Source: Candidatus Omnitrophota bacterium (GTDB taxonomy: Bacteria > Omnitrophota > Gorgyraeia > Gorgyraeales > Gorgyraeaceae). From it: a stretch of 50,691 nucleotides of DNA. Location of the stretch: the NCBI GenBank assembly GCA_041648935.1, contig JBAZOA010000002.1, forward strand, positions 1-50,691, read 5' to 3'. Below, in pieces: positions 18,269 through 25,585 of this stretch. The position numbers and the translations under genes were made by a program. A model generated the notes under the pieces. The model did not search any database, was not told where the DNA came from, and saw nothing but the letters and a program-made list of their open reading frames with translations. Position 1 is the stretch's first letter. Every line of letters starts with the position of its first letter.

Positions 18269-19606
18269 TTAAAAATCAACCTGCCCCCTGATGCCAACTA
18301 TAGTTATTGAGGATTTCCCGTTGGCCGCGTCATCCCCGTAAGGATTCCATATGAACTGAACATCCGGAGACAATGTCAGATGCTCATTAAACGCGTAATT
18401 ATAATACGCCTCAAGATGCCCTTCGTTTTCGGCCTTCAGATCAGCGCCGGCCTTTTTATATTCATCTGAAGGTATCACCTGGCCTATGGCCAAACCAATG
18501 GTATCGTTTGCCCTATCCCACAAACCGCCCTTTAACCGCGCGCCTAAACTCCATGCCTGTTCCAAAGAAAACGCCTGGCCGTTCAAAAAGACGTCCGGGT
18601 CCTGCCAGCCGTACCTCAAAAATCCTCCCAGGTTATCCGTAAATTCCTGGTCAAGGCTTATGCCGAATCCGTACGCGCTGTTTTGCGTGTTATTAAGATC
18701 ATTCCACTTCGCGTGGTCATTATCGTTCCGCCACCCTATTAACCTATAATTCCCGTTTCTGGAAAAAATACCCGGTTTGAAATTAAGCTGGCCCGCCAGA
18801 AAACACTCATCACCCATATCTTCCCAGTCGGTATCCGCGTCCATGACCAGTAACGCGGCGTCAAAATAATCTTTTGGATTAAACGCGGCCATGAAACCGG
18901 CCGTGTTATCAGGAAACTCCATAACGGGAGAATTCCTGAAAATTCTGCCGAGGAACTGCGTAGTCTCGTCATTCGCGTATTCGTTCGTGTCCACCAGCGC
19001 GGTCCCGTCGATCTTCCCCGCCATCACTGACAGAGGAAACGACTTAAAACTATGCTCATAATATATCTCCGTTATCAGCGCGGAATTATCCGTGTCATTT
19101 GAATCCCTGTTTACATTACTGAACACCTGAAGCTCATCCTCAACTCCGGCGCCGTCTCCGGGCTCAAGATGCGCGAAGACCCTTCCGCAATCCTCTATCT
19201 TTTTCTCTATGCCTATATCAACGGAATAAGAAGCGTCCACGCCGTCTTCGCCTTTTTGAGAAAGCGTATCTCCGTTAGCGTTATTGGTCCCCTGCGCCAC
19301 AAATGTCGCGGCTGAAGTTATCTCAAGGCCCCCGGCTATCCGCGCGGGCTCTCCGGGAGTCTGTTTAAGTTTTTCCTCAAGCAGTGACAGCTTTGTCTCG
19401 TATTCCCGGATTTGCCGCTCTTGAGCCTGCGCTGTCTGTCTTTGGGTAACAATATAGTCGTCCTGCTGGGCGACTTTCCTCTCCAACGCCTCTAACCGCG
19501 CCTTAAGCCGCGCTATCTCATCTTTAAGAGAATCTTCTTCGGCAAACAGCCCCGATGTCCCGAAACAACCGATCATAATCAAAAGAATCGTAAATCTGCG
19601 TAACAT
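18269..19606 (-). CDS. Outer-membrane porin, OprB/carbohydrate-porin-like barrel with N-terminal coiled coil
   Basis: I prefer ATG 19606 (MLRRFTILLIMIGCFG...), 5 nt after AGGAG. It has a signal peptide, a roughly 60-aa heptad region, alternating beta-strand patterns, and the C-terminal ...GIRGQVDF aromatic terminus. Confidence 0.65.
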   Translation of the reverse strand: MLRRFTILLIMIGCFGTSGLFAEEDSLKDEIARLKARLEALERKVAQQDDYIVTQRQTAQAQERQIREYETKLSLLEEKLKQTPGEPARIAGGLEITSAATFVAQGTNNANGDTLSQKGEDGVDASYSVDIGIEKKIEDCGRVFAHLEPGDGAGVEDELQVFSNVNRDSNDTDNSALITEIYYEHSFKSFPLSVMAGKIDGTALVDTNEYANDETTQFLGRIFRNSPVMEFPDNTAGFMAAFNPKDYFDAALLVMDADTDWEDMGDECFLAGQLNFKPGIFSRNGNYRLIGWRNDNDHAKWNDLNNTQNSAYGFGISLDQEFTDNLGGFLRYGWQDPDVFLNGQAFSLEQAWSLGARLKGGLWDRANDTIGLAIGQVIPSDEYKKAGADLKAENEGHLEAYYNYAFNEHLTLSPDVQFIWNPYGDDAANGKSSITIVGIRGQVDF

Positions 19607-19640
19607 TTTCACTCCTTTCTATGCTACTATTATTATTTTC

Positions 19641-19668
19641 GTGCTACTAATGGATAAAAAAATAATAC
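19641..19668. promoter_or_regulatory. Candidate NikR box upstream of the porin gene
   Basis: GTGCTAC-N14-ATAATAC. The left half-site is identical to that of the nikR-proximal box, and a further ATGCTAC lies at 19621..19627. Confidence 0.3.
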
Positions 19669-19671
19669 GGC

Positions 19672-20085
19672 CTAAATATCTTTCCCTGTGGTCGACATGC
19701 TCAATGTGCCGTGCTTCACCCCCTTTACCGATTTCAGGCTGTCGGCTAATTTTTGAGCTTCCTTAGGCGACCCTTTAACCGCTATGATCTCCAAACAATT
19801 GTTATGATCCAAATGAACATGCTGGGAAGAAATTATCATCCCGCCGTACTCATGCTGAATATCCATAAGTTTGTTGACCAGCTCTCTCTTATGGTGGTCA
19901 TAGATAAGGGTAATGGCTCCCGCGACCTCCTGCCCGCTCTGCCACTCTTTCCGCACAAGCTCCTGGCGGATCAAATCCCTGAACGCCTCGGAACGGCAAG
20001 TATAATTCTTGTCTTTTGTCAGGCGGTCAAACCTTCCCAGCAGATCCTGGTCTAAAGATACCCCGAAGCGCGCTAATTTTCCCAT
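19672..20085 (-). CDS. nikR: Nickel-responsive regulator NikR
   Basis: N-terminal ribbon-helix-helix (RFGVSLDQDLLGRFD) and a C-terminal Ni site pattern HVHLDHNNCLEI (the H-x-H...C ligands). Confidence 0.9.
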   Translation of the reverse strand: MGKLARFGVSLDQDLLGRFDRLTKDKNYTCRSEAFRDLIRQELVRKEWQSGQEVAGAITLIYDHHKRELVNKLMDIQHEYGGMIISSQHVHLDHNNCLEIIAVKGSPKEAQKLADSLKSVKGVKHGTLSMSTTGKDI

Positions 20086-20095
20086 TGTCTCTCCT

Positions 20096-20141
20096 GTGCT
20101 ACGAATATTAGAATAGTAATACTAATAAACTATTTTGTCAA
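20096..20141 (-). promoter_or_regulatory. nikR promoter with overlapping candidate NikR operator
   Basis: On the minus strand, TTGACA (20141..20136), a 17-nt spacer, then TACTAT (20118..20113). The dyad GTGCTAC-N13-GTAATAC (20096..20122) resembles the GTGTTAC-N13/14-GTAACAC type NikR box as I recall it. Confidence 0.4.
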
Positions 20142-20182
20142 GAAAAATATCAGCGTATGATTTCCGCTTTGTCTTACTTATC

Positions 20183-20956
20183 TTACAGTTTCTTAAGCAA
20201 CTCTCTCGCTACCTTCTTGCCCGCGAGAAGCATGCCTCCGAATATTGGCCCCATGCGCGGGCCTCCGAATACCGCGTTCGCGCACATCCCGCAGGCATAA
20301 AGCCCGGGACATATTTCTTTGGAATTCTTTACTATAGCATCCTCTCCTGCCTCTGCCCACATTGATTGCTCGCCCATTATCTTCCCGGTCTTTGTATTAA
20401 GCTTAATCCCTGATTTCCGCTCCACAACCCGCGCGACTTCCGCGGGATGCCCGGTAGCGTCAACCACGAATTTCGCCCTCATGGTAATCGGGTCAACGTG
20501 CAGGTTCGCTATTTCAACGGCGGTCCAATTCAAAACCAGGCCGCAAATACGCCGAGACCTTATCATCACGTCTTCAACGCTTAAAAGGTTAAAGATCTTT
20601 AAACCCGCATGCGCGCTCTCTGAACATATTGTCGATACGCTATCTATCGAATCCGCGAGGTAATAACCATCCTCATATTTTCTGCTTTTGACTCCAAACT
20701 CATCCAGGATCTTCTTTGCTTCTTCCTGGACCACAATCTCATTGAACATTATCCCGCCGCCCCACATGCCTCCGCCTACGGAAAGCTTGCGCTCAAATAA
20801 AACCACCTTTTTCCCCGCCTTAGCCAGATAGTATCCGCAGACCATGCCGCTGGGACCGGCCCCCGCTATCGCCACGTCCACATCAAGCGCGTCAATCAAT
20901 TTCCTGTTATAGGATTCAATTATGGCCTTAGAAATCTTAACCTCATCCAATCGCAT
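20183..20956 (-). CDS. thi4: Thi4-type thiazole synthase
   Basis: I prefer ATG 20956 ([13 protein letters not shown]), 6 nt after AGGAGG. It has [24 protein letters not shown]-like and [10 protein letters not shown] segments, and a TPP riboswitch lies upstream. Confidence 0.9.
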   Translation of the reverse strand: MRLDEVKISKAIIESYNRKLIDALDVDVAIAGAGPSGMVCGYYLAKAGKKVVLFERKLSVGGGMWGGGIMFNEIVVQEEAKKILDEFGVKSRKYEDGYYLADSIDSVSTICSESAHAGLKIFNLLSVEDVMIRSRRICGLVLNWTAVEIANLHVDPITMRAKFVVDATGHPAEVARVVERKSGIKLNTKTGKIMGEQSMWAEAGEDAIVKNSKEICPGLYACGMCANAVFGGPRMGPIFGGMLLAGKKVARELLKKL

Positions 20957-20995
20957 GCCATCCTCCTTCTGTTTTACCCCTCGTTTCATCATTAA

Positions 20996-21027
20996 AATAA
21001 AAAACCCTCACGCCAACCGCATGAGGG
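20996..21027 (-). terminator. Intrinsic terminator forming the expression platform of the TPP riboswitch
   Basis: The minus-strand RNA CCCUCAUGC-GGUUG-GCGUGAGGG forms a 9-bp stem and is followed by UUUUUUAUUUU. Confidence 0.6.
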
Positions 21028-21133
21028 TGTCAAATCAGGCCTCCTTTCCCTCCGCTGGCATTATCCAGATCAGGTTATAAGGGTAATCCGCTTGCTTCAC
21101 GGAACTCTCAGGCCGCTATACGACCTCCCCGTT
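21028..21133 (-). promoter_or_regulatory. TPP (THI-box) riboswitch aptamer
   Basis: The minus strand reads ...GGGGAGGUCGUAUAGCGGCCUGAGAGUUCC...ACCCUUAUAACCUGAUCUGGAUAAUGCCAGCGGAGGGA. It contains the invariant CUGAGA and ACCUGAUCUGGAUAAUGCCAGCG blocks. Confidence 0.85.
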
Positions 21134-21145
21134 TTTTATGAAATT

Positions 21146-21174
21146 ATTCTAAACTATCTCCATGTCTCAGTCAA
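21146..21174 (-). promoter_or_regulatory. Sigma-70-type promoter driving the riboswitch-thi4 transcript
   Basis: On the minus strand, TTGACT (21174..21169), a 17-nt spacer, then TAGAAT (21151..21146). Confidence 0.45.
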
Positions 21175-21336
21175 GTTTTTAAACGTCTCATATCCATCTA
21201 TTTCTTATCTATTTTAACATGCTGTTTTTTCTATTAACAAATCCCTATTTTATTAATAAATGAAAGAAATTAGAGCTTTTTGCCTATCTGAATCCGAAAA
21301 TCATATAGTTTACTGGAGTTCCTGATCGACCCACCG

Positions 21337-22026
21337 CTATTCAACCAAAATCTTCACTATTTCCTGTTCTCCGATAGACTCAAGATTAACCAATATCTTT
21401 TTCTGCCATTTCTGAGGCATAGAGTTAAATATAGATTTCACTATTCGCGCTTCTTTTTTATTAAAAAGGGCTTTGAGAATTTCTATGGCTGTATTTTTAT
21501 CTTTTAAAGCCTTATCCTCTTTTAACCTCCTACTAAAAATTATCAATTTATGTAAGGCAAAATTTGCGGGATGAGGCATACTAATGTAAAAATCTTCTAC
21601 TTTTACGCGAATAACATTATCTGTCAAGAAACTCAAAAATCTTAAAGACGTAGCATTCATCCCTAATTGCGGAAGTTTATACGGCTTGTCGCTTCCTTTG
21701 CCTTTTTCCGGAACTAAAAACTCTAATATAAGATCAGGATGATCCAGCTTTATATAACCCTTGCTGCCTTTAAAGTTTATTACAAAACCAAGGTCTTTTA
21801 GTAATTTCGGTATATCTACTTCATTTTTTATTCTCATAGGAATCGGCACAAAAAAATCTATATCTCTTGTCCTAATAGTAGCTATATCTATATAAGAAAT
21901 ATTTTCAAAATAGTCTTTATAAAAATAAAGACACCAACTGCCTATTAAAATAAGGCCGTCTAAGATACCGACTTTATTGAAACGCCTTAAGACCTCAAGG
22001 CATAATTTATATTGATTCTTTTCCAC
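21337..22026 (-). CDS. Nucleotidyltransferase-fold protein (pol-beta superfamily; AbiEii / GSU2403-like), putative toxin
   Basis: 229 aa. NTase signature hG[GS]x(n)DxD as LILIGSWCLYFY...TRDIDFFV. The gene is AT-rich and overlaps the upstream small gene by 20 nt. Confidence 0.55.
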   Translation of the reverse strand: MEKNQYKLCLEVLRRFNKVGILDGLILIGSWCLYFYKDYFENISYIDIATIRTRDIDFFVPIPMRIKNEVDIPKLLKDLGFVINFKGSKGYIKLDHPDLILEFLVPEKGKGSDKPYKLPQLGMNATSLRFLSFLTDNVIRVKVEDFYISMPHPANFALHKLIIFSRRLKEDKALKDKNTAIEILKALFNKKEARIVKSIFNSMPQKWQKKILVNLESIGEQEIVKILVE

Positions 22027-22324
22027 GAAGAGTCCCTTTTAAAAACTTGACCTGCTTTTTAACCTGTGACAGTAATTTTCTATACTTAGCTCTTAAGACT
22101 TTTGCTTCTTTATATTTATTTCTTTCGGCTTCTGAAATTTTTCCTTTGTAGGCATATTTCACCTTTTTGCCGACTCGCTGCGCTAAATAACAATAACTAT
22201 GCCCTCTTATTTTTTTTTCAGCAATACAACCTTTGGGCAATCTATCCAACGCTCTTTCGTATTCTTTTTTCATGCGCAAGGAATTTTCAAGCTCTTCTTT
22301 CAATACGCCTTTTATTACGCCCAT
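22007..22324 (-). CDS. Small basic protein, putative cognate partner/antitoxin of the NTase-fold protein
   Basis: 105 aa, Lys/Arg-rich. An AGGAGG RBS lies 5 nt upstream, and two long palindromes lie upstream of that. I do not recognise the family. Confidence 0.45.
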   Translation of the reverse strand: MGVIKGVLKEELENSLRMKKEYERALDRLPKGCIAEKKIRGHSYCYLAQRVGKKVKYAYKGKISEAERNKYKEAKVLRAKYRKLLSQVKKQVKFLKGTLRGKESI

Positions 22325-22336
22325 TTTAACCTCCTC

Positions 22337-22389
22337 TTATTACCTAACATACTACTACATAGTATGCCTTGTTAGGTAATAAATGTCAA
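22337..22389 (-). promoter_or_regulatory. Promoter with overlapping long palindrome (operator candidate 1)
   Basis: TTATTACCTAACA (22337..22349) and TGTTAGGTAATAA (22370..22382) form a perfect 13-bp inverted repeat, with an inner CATACTA/TAGTATG pair. The -35 TTGACA (22389..22384) and a 17-nt spacer place the -10 CATACT inside the palindrome. Confidence 0.5.
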
Positions 22390-22392
22390 GAA

Positions 22393-22442
22393 ATATATTA
22401 ACCAACAAAAGTGTCATATGTGAGCTTTGTTGGTTAATATAT
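22393..22442. promoter_or_regulatory. Second long palindrome (operator candidate 2)
   Basis: ATATATTAACCAACAAA (22393..22409) and TTTGTTGGTTAATATAT (22426..22442) form a perfect 17-bp inverted repeat with a 16-nt spacer. Its half-site resembles that of palindrome 1 (TTAnCCnAACA). Confidence 0.5.
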
Positions 22443-22470
22443 GAGGCCCTAACTCTTTGACGCATCGAAA

Positions 22471-22510
22471 GATAAAAAATGCCATGATTGAGTTTTGTCA
22501 ATCATGGCAT
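22471..22510 (-). terminator. Intrinsic terminator (minus strand)
   Basis: Perfect 13-bp stem ATGCCATGATTGA / TCAATCATGGCAT with a 6-nt loop, followed on the minus strand by UUUUUAUC. Confidence 0.55.
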
Positions 22511-22629
22511 TTCGCCTCTCTTTTTGAATTAAGAGAGTTTAATTACTGGGGTCGCTCCCTTATTGCCCCTGGGCGAACCCAGATTCAATCTACAGGTATC
22601 TACTATAGCCAAAATACCTTTGTAAGCAA
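22511..22629 (-). ncRNA. Candidate small RNA (promoter to terminator unit, about 125 nt)
   Basis: On the minus strand, TTGCTT (22629..22624), a 16-nt spacer, then TATAGT (22607..22602). Hairpins follow: CTGGG/CCCAG (22569..22582) and CTCTCTT/AAGAGAG (22516..22537), then the terminator at 22471..22510. There is no convincing ORF. Confidence 0.3.
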
Positions 22630-22665
22630 CGAAATTCGGCCTTTCCCATAGGCCTCGCCCAAGTG

Positions 22666-22698
22666 AAAATGTCCGCCCTTGCGAGGCGGACATTTTTT
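22666..22698. terminator. Bidirectional intrinsic terminator downstream of the PTPS-like gene
   Basis: AAAATGTCCGCC-cttgcga-GGCGGACATTTTTT forms a perfect stem flanked by A- and T-runs. Confidence 0.6.
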
Positions 22699-22727
22699 GA
22701 TGCTTGCTAATACAGGCTATCTTCTTA

Positions 22728-23219
22728 CTAAAACTCTCTTGATGCACAGTTCAACGAAGAAGAACGGAATTCTATTTTTTTAATATTCAACTTGTCTTTC
22801 AATAGTTCATAGAATACCGTACAGAACCATTCGCAAGTAGAGGGACCTTTGCTCACAGCTACTCTGCTTTCAGGATACGATTTTACCAGCTCATGGTTGA
22901 GAGCTTTTGCAGGCGTCCCAAATCTATTCGTTGTACCTTTCATCCCTGTCTTCTCATATCCTTGCAAAACTAAATCAAGCAAGGGATCGCCTTCTTGAAA
23001 AATCGTTGCATGCATGAAGTTATCGGCTACTGCCCATGCTAATTTTTGTGCCTCTTTTACCGGGTAGGCATAATTATGTTTATTTAACTCTCCCTCAATT
23101 TCAATCGTTAGCAATCCCGAATGTCCATGAAGATAGCTTGCCTCTCCCGGATAATTCATAAATCTGTGCGCATACTGAAAATCAAGTTTTACTATTGATC
23201 TGTACTTTTCGTTTGACAT
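22728..23219 (-). CDS. 6-pyruvoyl-tetrahydropterin synthase / QueD-like family protein (divergent)
   Basis: Start at ATG 23219 (MSNEKYRS), preceded by AGGAGG. It has the FQYAHRF...LHGHSG pattern of the PTPS fold. The Cys normally found just before the HGH motif is not present (GEASYLHGH). Confidence 0.6.
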   Translation of the reverse strand: MSNEKYRSIVKLDFQYAHRFMNYPGEASYLHGHSGLLTIEIEGELNKHNYAYPVKEAQKLAWAVADNFMHATIFQEGDPLLDLVLQGYEKTGMKGTTNRFGTPAKALNHELVKSYPESRVAVSKGPSTCEWFCTVFYELLKDKLNIKKIEFRSSSLNCASREF

Positions 23220-23363
23220 AATAATCCTCCTTTTAGTTTGTCGCATATTCTTTTTTTATGTCCATTGCTTTACGCGTAAATCACTGAAATGCTTTCTAAT
23301 CAACCACCTCCTTTCGTAACTATTCTTAAATCGTAATTTATACTACTTACAGGTTAAAAAAAT

Positions 23364-23798
23364 TTACCTCTTACATGAATCGCAGAGGCCTTCCAATACT
23401 ACCTTCTTGCCGGTCACAGTAAATCTGCTCTTGATCTCCTTGGGAATTTCTAATGCATCGAATCCTGTGTTGCAAAAATCGATGATTTTATTGCATTTAA
23501 GGCATTGAAAATGGTGATGACTGTCCAGGTCCGTATCAAAGCGCTTGGGCCGACCATGCCCCTCCACTACCTTTAAAAGCCCCATATCTACAAAAGACAA
23601 AAGAGTCCTGCTGACAGTGTCAAAAGATATGTTAGGGATCTTTTTTCTTACTCTCTGGAAGACAATGTCCGCGGTCGGATGCCCCTTATCGTTTACCAGG
23701 GCATCAAAAATAATCGTGCGCTGAGGAGTTATCTTAAGATTGGCTTCCCTGCACTTATTACGTAATACTTCTCCTGCATCTAAGCTTTGCTTGTTCAT
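23364..23798 (-). CDS. Fur-family metalloregulator (second copy; PerR-like by context)
   Basis: I prefer ATG 23798 (MNKQSLDAGEVL...) because the TTG start of the track ORF is itself the -35 hexamer. It has ITPQRTIIFDAL, HHHFQCLKC and CDSC motifs. Confidence 0.85.
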   Translation of the reverse strand: MNKQSLDAGEVLRNKCREANLKITPQRTIIFDALVNDKGHPTADIVFQRVRKKIPNISFDTVSRTLLSFVDMGLLKVVEGHGRPKRFDTDLDSHHHFQCLKCNKIIDFCNTGFDALEIPKEIKSRFTVTGKKVVLEGLCDSCKR

Positions 23799-23805
23799 GT
23801 TTAGT

Positions 23806-23834
23806 ACTATATAGGAATAATTCTTATTTGTCAA
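23806..23834 (-). promoter_or_regulatory. Near-consensus sigma-70 promoter positioned for a leaderless fur2 mRNA, with a Fur-type dyad in the spacer
   Basis: On the minus strand, TTGACA (23834..23829), a 17-nt spacer, then TATAGT (23811..23806). The ATG follows 7 nt after the -10. The spacer ATAAGAAT-T-ATTCCTAT (23811..23827) is an 8-1-8 dyad with one mismatch. Confidence 0.5.
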
Positions 23835-23967
23835 GAATTATTTTTCTTTGTCCTCGCATTTATTACACAGCGAGGGGCTCTTAACAGATGGGCGTATGCC
23901 AAATAACTTGGAGGCAACAATTCTATACAAAAATCCTTCTAGCGGGACTTTGCACTTTCGGCATTTT

Positions 23968-24486
23968 CTAGCCATGGCTTACTTCTTTCAAGGCGTCTAA
24001 AGCAGCTTGATAATCAGGCGGAGAACTCAGCTCCTTGACTATCTGAATGTATCTGACAATATCCTCTTTATCAATAATAAATATCGCTCGCGCCAAAAGC
24101 CTCAGTTCTTTAATAAGTACTCCATAATTAATGCCGAAATCGGCGTCTTTATGGTCTGACAGGGTCTTGACTTTTTTAATATCAAACTGCCCGCAAAACC
24201 GTTTCTGCGCAAAGGGCAGATCCATACTTATAAATATTATAACTATGTCTTTATATAAACTGGCAGCATCATCATTAAAACGCTTGATCTCCAAATCGCA
24301 AACAGGAGTATCAAGCGACGGGACTGAGGCAATAAGCTTGACCTTGCCCTTAAAATCAACCAGGCCTTTTTCCGTAAGATCATGAGCAAGCGCCTTAAAG
24401 CCTGGCGCCTTATCTTGGACCCTGACTTCATTTCCCGACAAAGTAACCGGATCACCTTTGAGCGTAACGATATCTTTTCTTTCCAT
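23968..24486 (-). CDS. tpx: Thiol peroxidase (Tpx, atypical 2-Cys peroxiredoxin)
   Basis: I prefer ATG 24486 (MERKDIVTLKGDPVTL). It has the SVPSLDTPVC peroxidatic Cys motif and a downstream FC resolving Cys region. Confidence 0.9.
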   Translation of the reverse strand: MERKDIVTLKGDPVTLSGNEVRVQDKAPGFKALAHDLTEKGLVDFKGKVKLIASVPSLDTPVCDLEIKRFNDDAASLYKDIVIIFISMDLPFAQKRFCGQFDIKKVKTLSDHKDADFGINYGVLIKELRLLARAIFIIDKEDIVRYIQIVKELSSPPDYQAALDALKEVSHG

Positions 24487-24565
24487 AAAACCCCTTTCCT
24501 TACATGCCATGCCAATCTCTGTCTTTAGCCTCTTTGGCCGCTTTCACGGCCGGACTATGAAAATA

Positions 24566-25327
24566 TCAGAACATCGCGGCTATCCCGAATAATCCTGATA
24601 TTGAATGATCGGTGTCCACTATGGGGCTATCCTTTATCTCGTCGCCGAATAATTCATACTCTGCCCTCATTACCAAGATCCAGTTTTTAGATATACCCAG
24701 ATCCAACCCCAGCCCCGCGGTATAGTTAACTGCGGAGCCGGGACAGTATTCAGGCCTTGAGGCCGCAGCCTCGGAAGGCTTTACGCCGTAGTAATAATCC
24801 GCCAAGTCGCTGCTCTGCCATTTAAGGCCGATACCCGATGTCAAATTGAAAAACTTGCGCCTATACGAATGCCCCAAGCCCGCGGCGAGCTCCTGCCCGT
24901 TGCTTTTACCCAGGATATCTGTCCCGGCGCTTAACGATATATGCACATCCTTTAGAAAAGATATCTTCTGTTTCATTTTAATTCCGCCATCCAGTGAATA
25001 ATCCCTGTCTTCCATGCCGTTAAGAAAATGGCCTTCGTCTGAATCATACCCCATAAGCCTGGGCTCAAGAAATAAATCCAGCCTCCTTGCCATATCTTCA
25101 TCAATTACATAGCCCAAGCTTTTGCCGGATATGAAAAACTTTTTATACCGTAAATTCAGGATAGGAGTAGGTATTGGATCCTTATCTATATCCTTGTACA
25201 CGTCCGAACTTACAATGACCCCCGCGCCGACAACATTCGGTGAATCCTTGTCTTCTTCCGCTGAAACCATTGGCGCCTGCAGGAAGAATAAAAATATAAA
25301 ATAGAATAAAAGCATGCTTTTAAACAT
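24566..25327 (-). CDS. mipA: MipA/OmpV family outer-membrane protein
   Basis: Signal peptide, alternating beta-strand pattern, and the C-terminal ...GLFGIAAMF. Confidence 0.75.
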   Translation of the reverse strand: MFKSMLLFYFIFLFFLQAPMVSAEEDKDSPNVVGAGVIVSSDVYKDIDKDPIPTPILNLRYKKFFISGKSLGYVIDEDMARRLDLFLEPRLMGYDSDEGHFLNGMEDRDYSLDGGIKMKQKISFLKDVHISLSAGTDILGKSNGQELAAGLGHSYRRKFFNLTSGIGLKWQSSDLADYYYGVKPSEAAASRPEYCPGSAVNYTAGLGLDLGISKNWILVMRAEYELFGDEIKDSPIVDTDHSISGLFGIAAMF

Positions 25328-25454
25328 TATAACCTATATGGTTGTTAGGAGAATAGCTGGGGTCCCGCTCCGGTTAGCCTAGGAGGAACCTCTCACTATA
25401 TATAGGTATGTATTATAGCGAATTTATAGCCCTTAACAAGTAAATTCGCGCTTC

Positions 25455-25585
25455 TTGAGAGGTAATTTCCTCACCAAATTTGTCCGAAATGTCCGGTCTT
25501 TTTTGACTGGAAATGACGTAACTCTTTAAGAGATTAGGAGATAGGTTTGTTCACCTCTCTTTGTCCGGACATGGGGTAAACCATC
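25455..25585. repeat. Copy A of the intergenic upstream-region repeat family
   Basis: Aligns with 29647..29776 over about 130 nt, including an identical 19-mer aaatgtccggtcttttttg (25487..25505 and 29680..29698). It also shares a 14-mer with copy C. An internal long-range inverted repeat pairs ATGTCCGG (25489..25496) with CCGGACAT (25565..25572). Confidence 0.5.

Noticed and set aside
22457-22747. Two small ORFs (22457..22651 plus strand, 22529..22747 minus strand) in the gap between the PTPS-like gene and the TA-like module.
   Set aside because: Neither has an RBS. They run through terminator hairpins, and the minus-strand ORF overlaps the 3' end of the PTPS-like gene. The region is better explained as non-coding, structured RNA.
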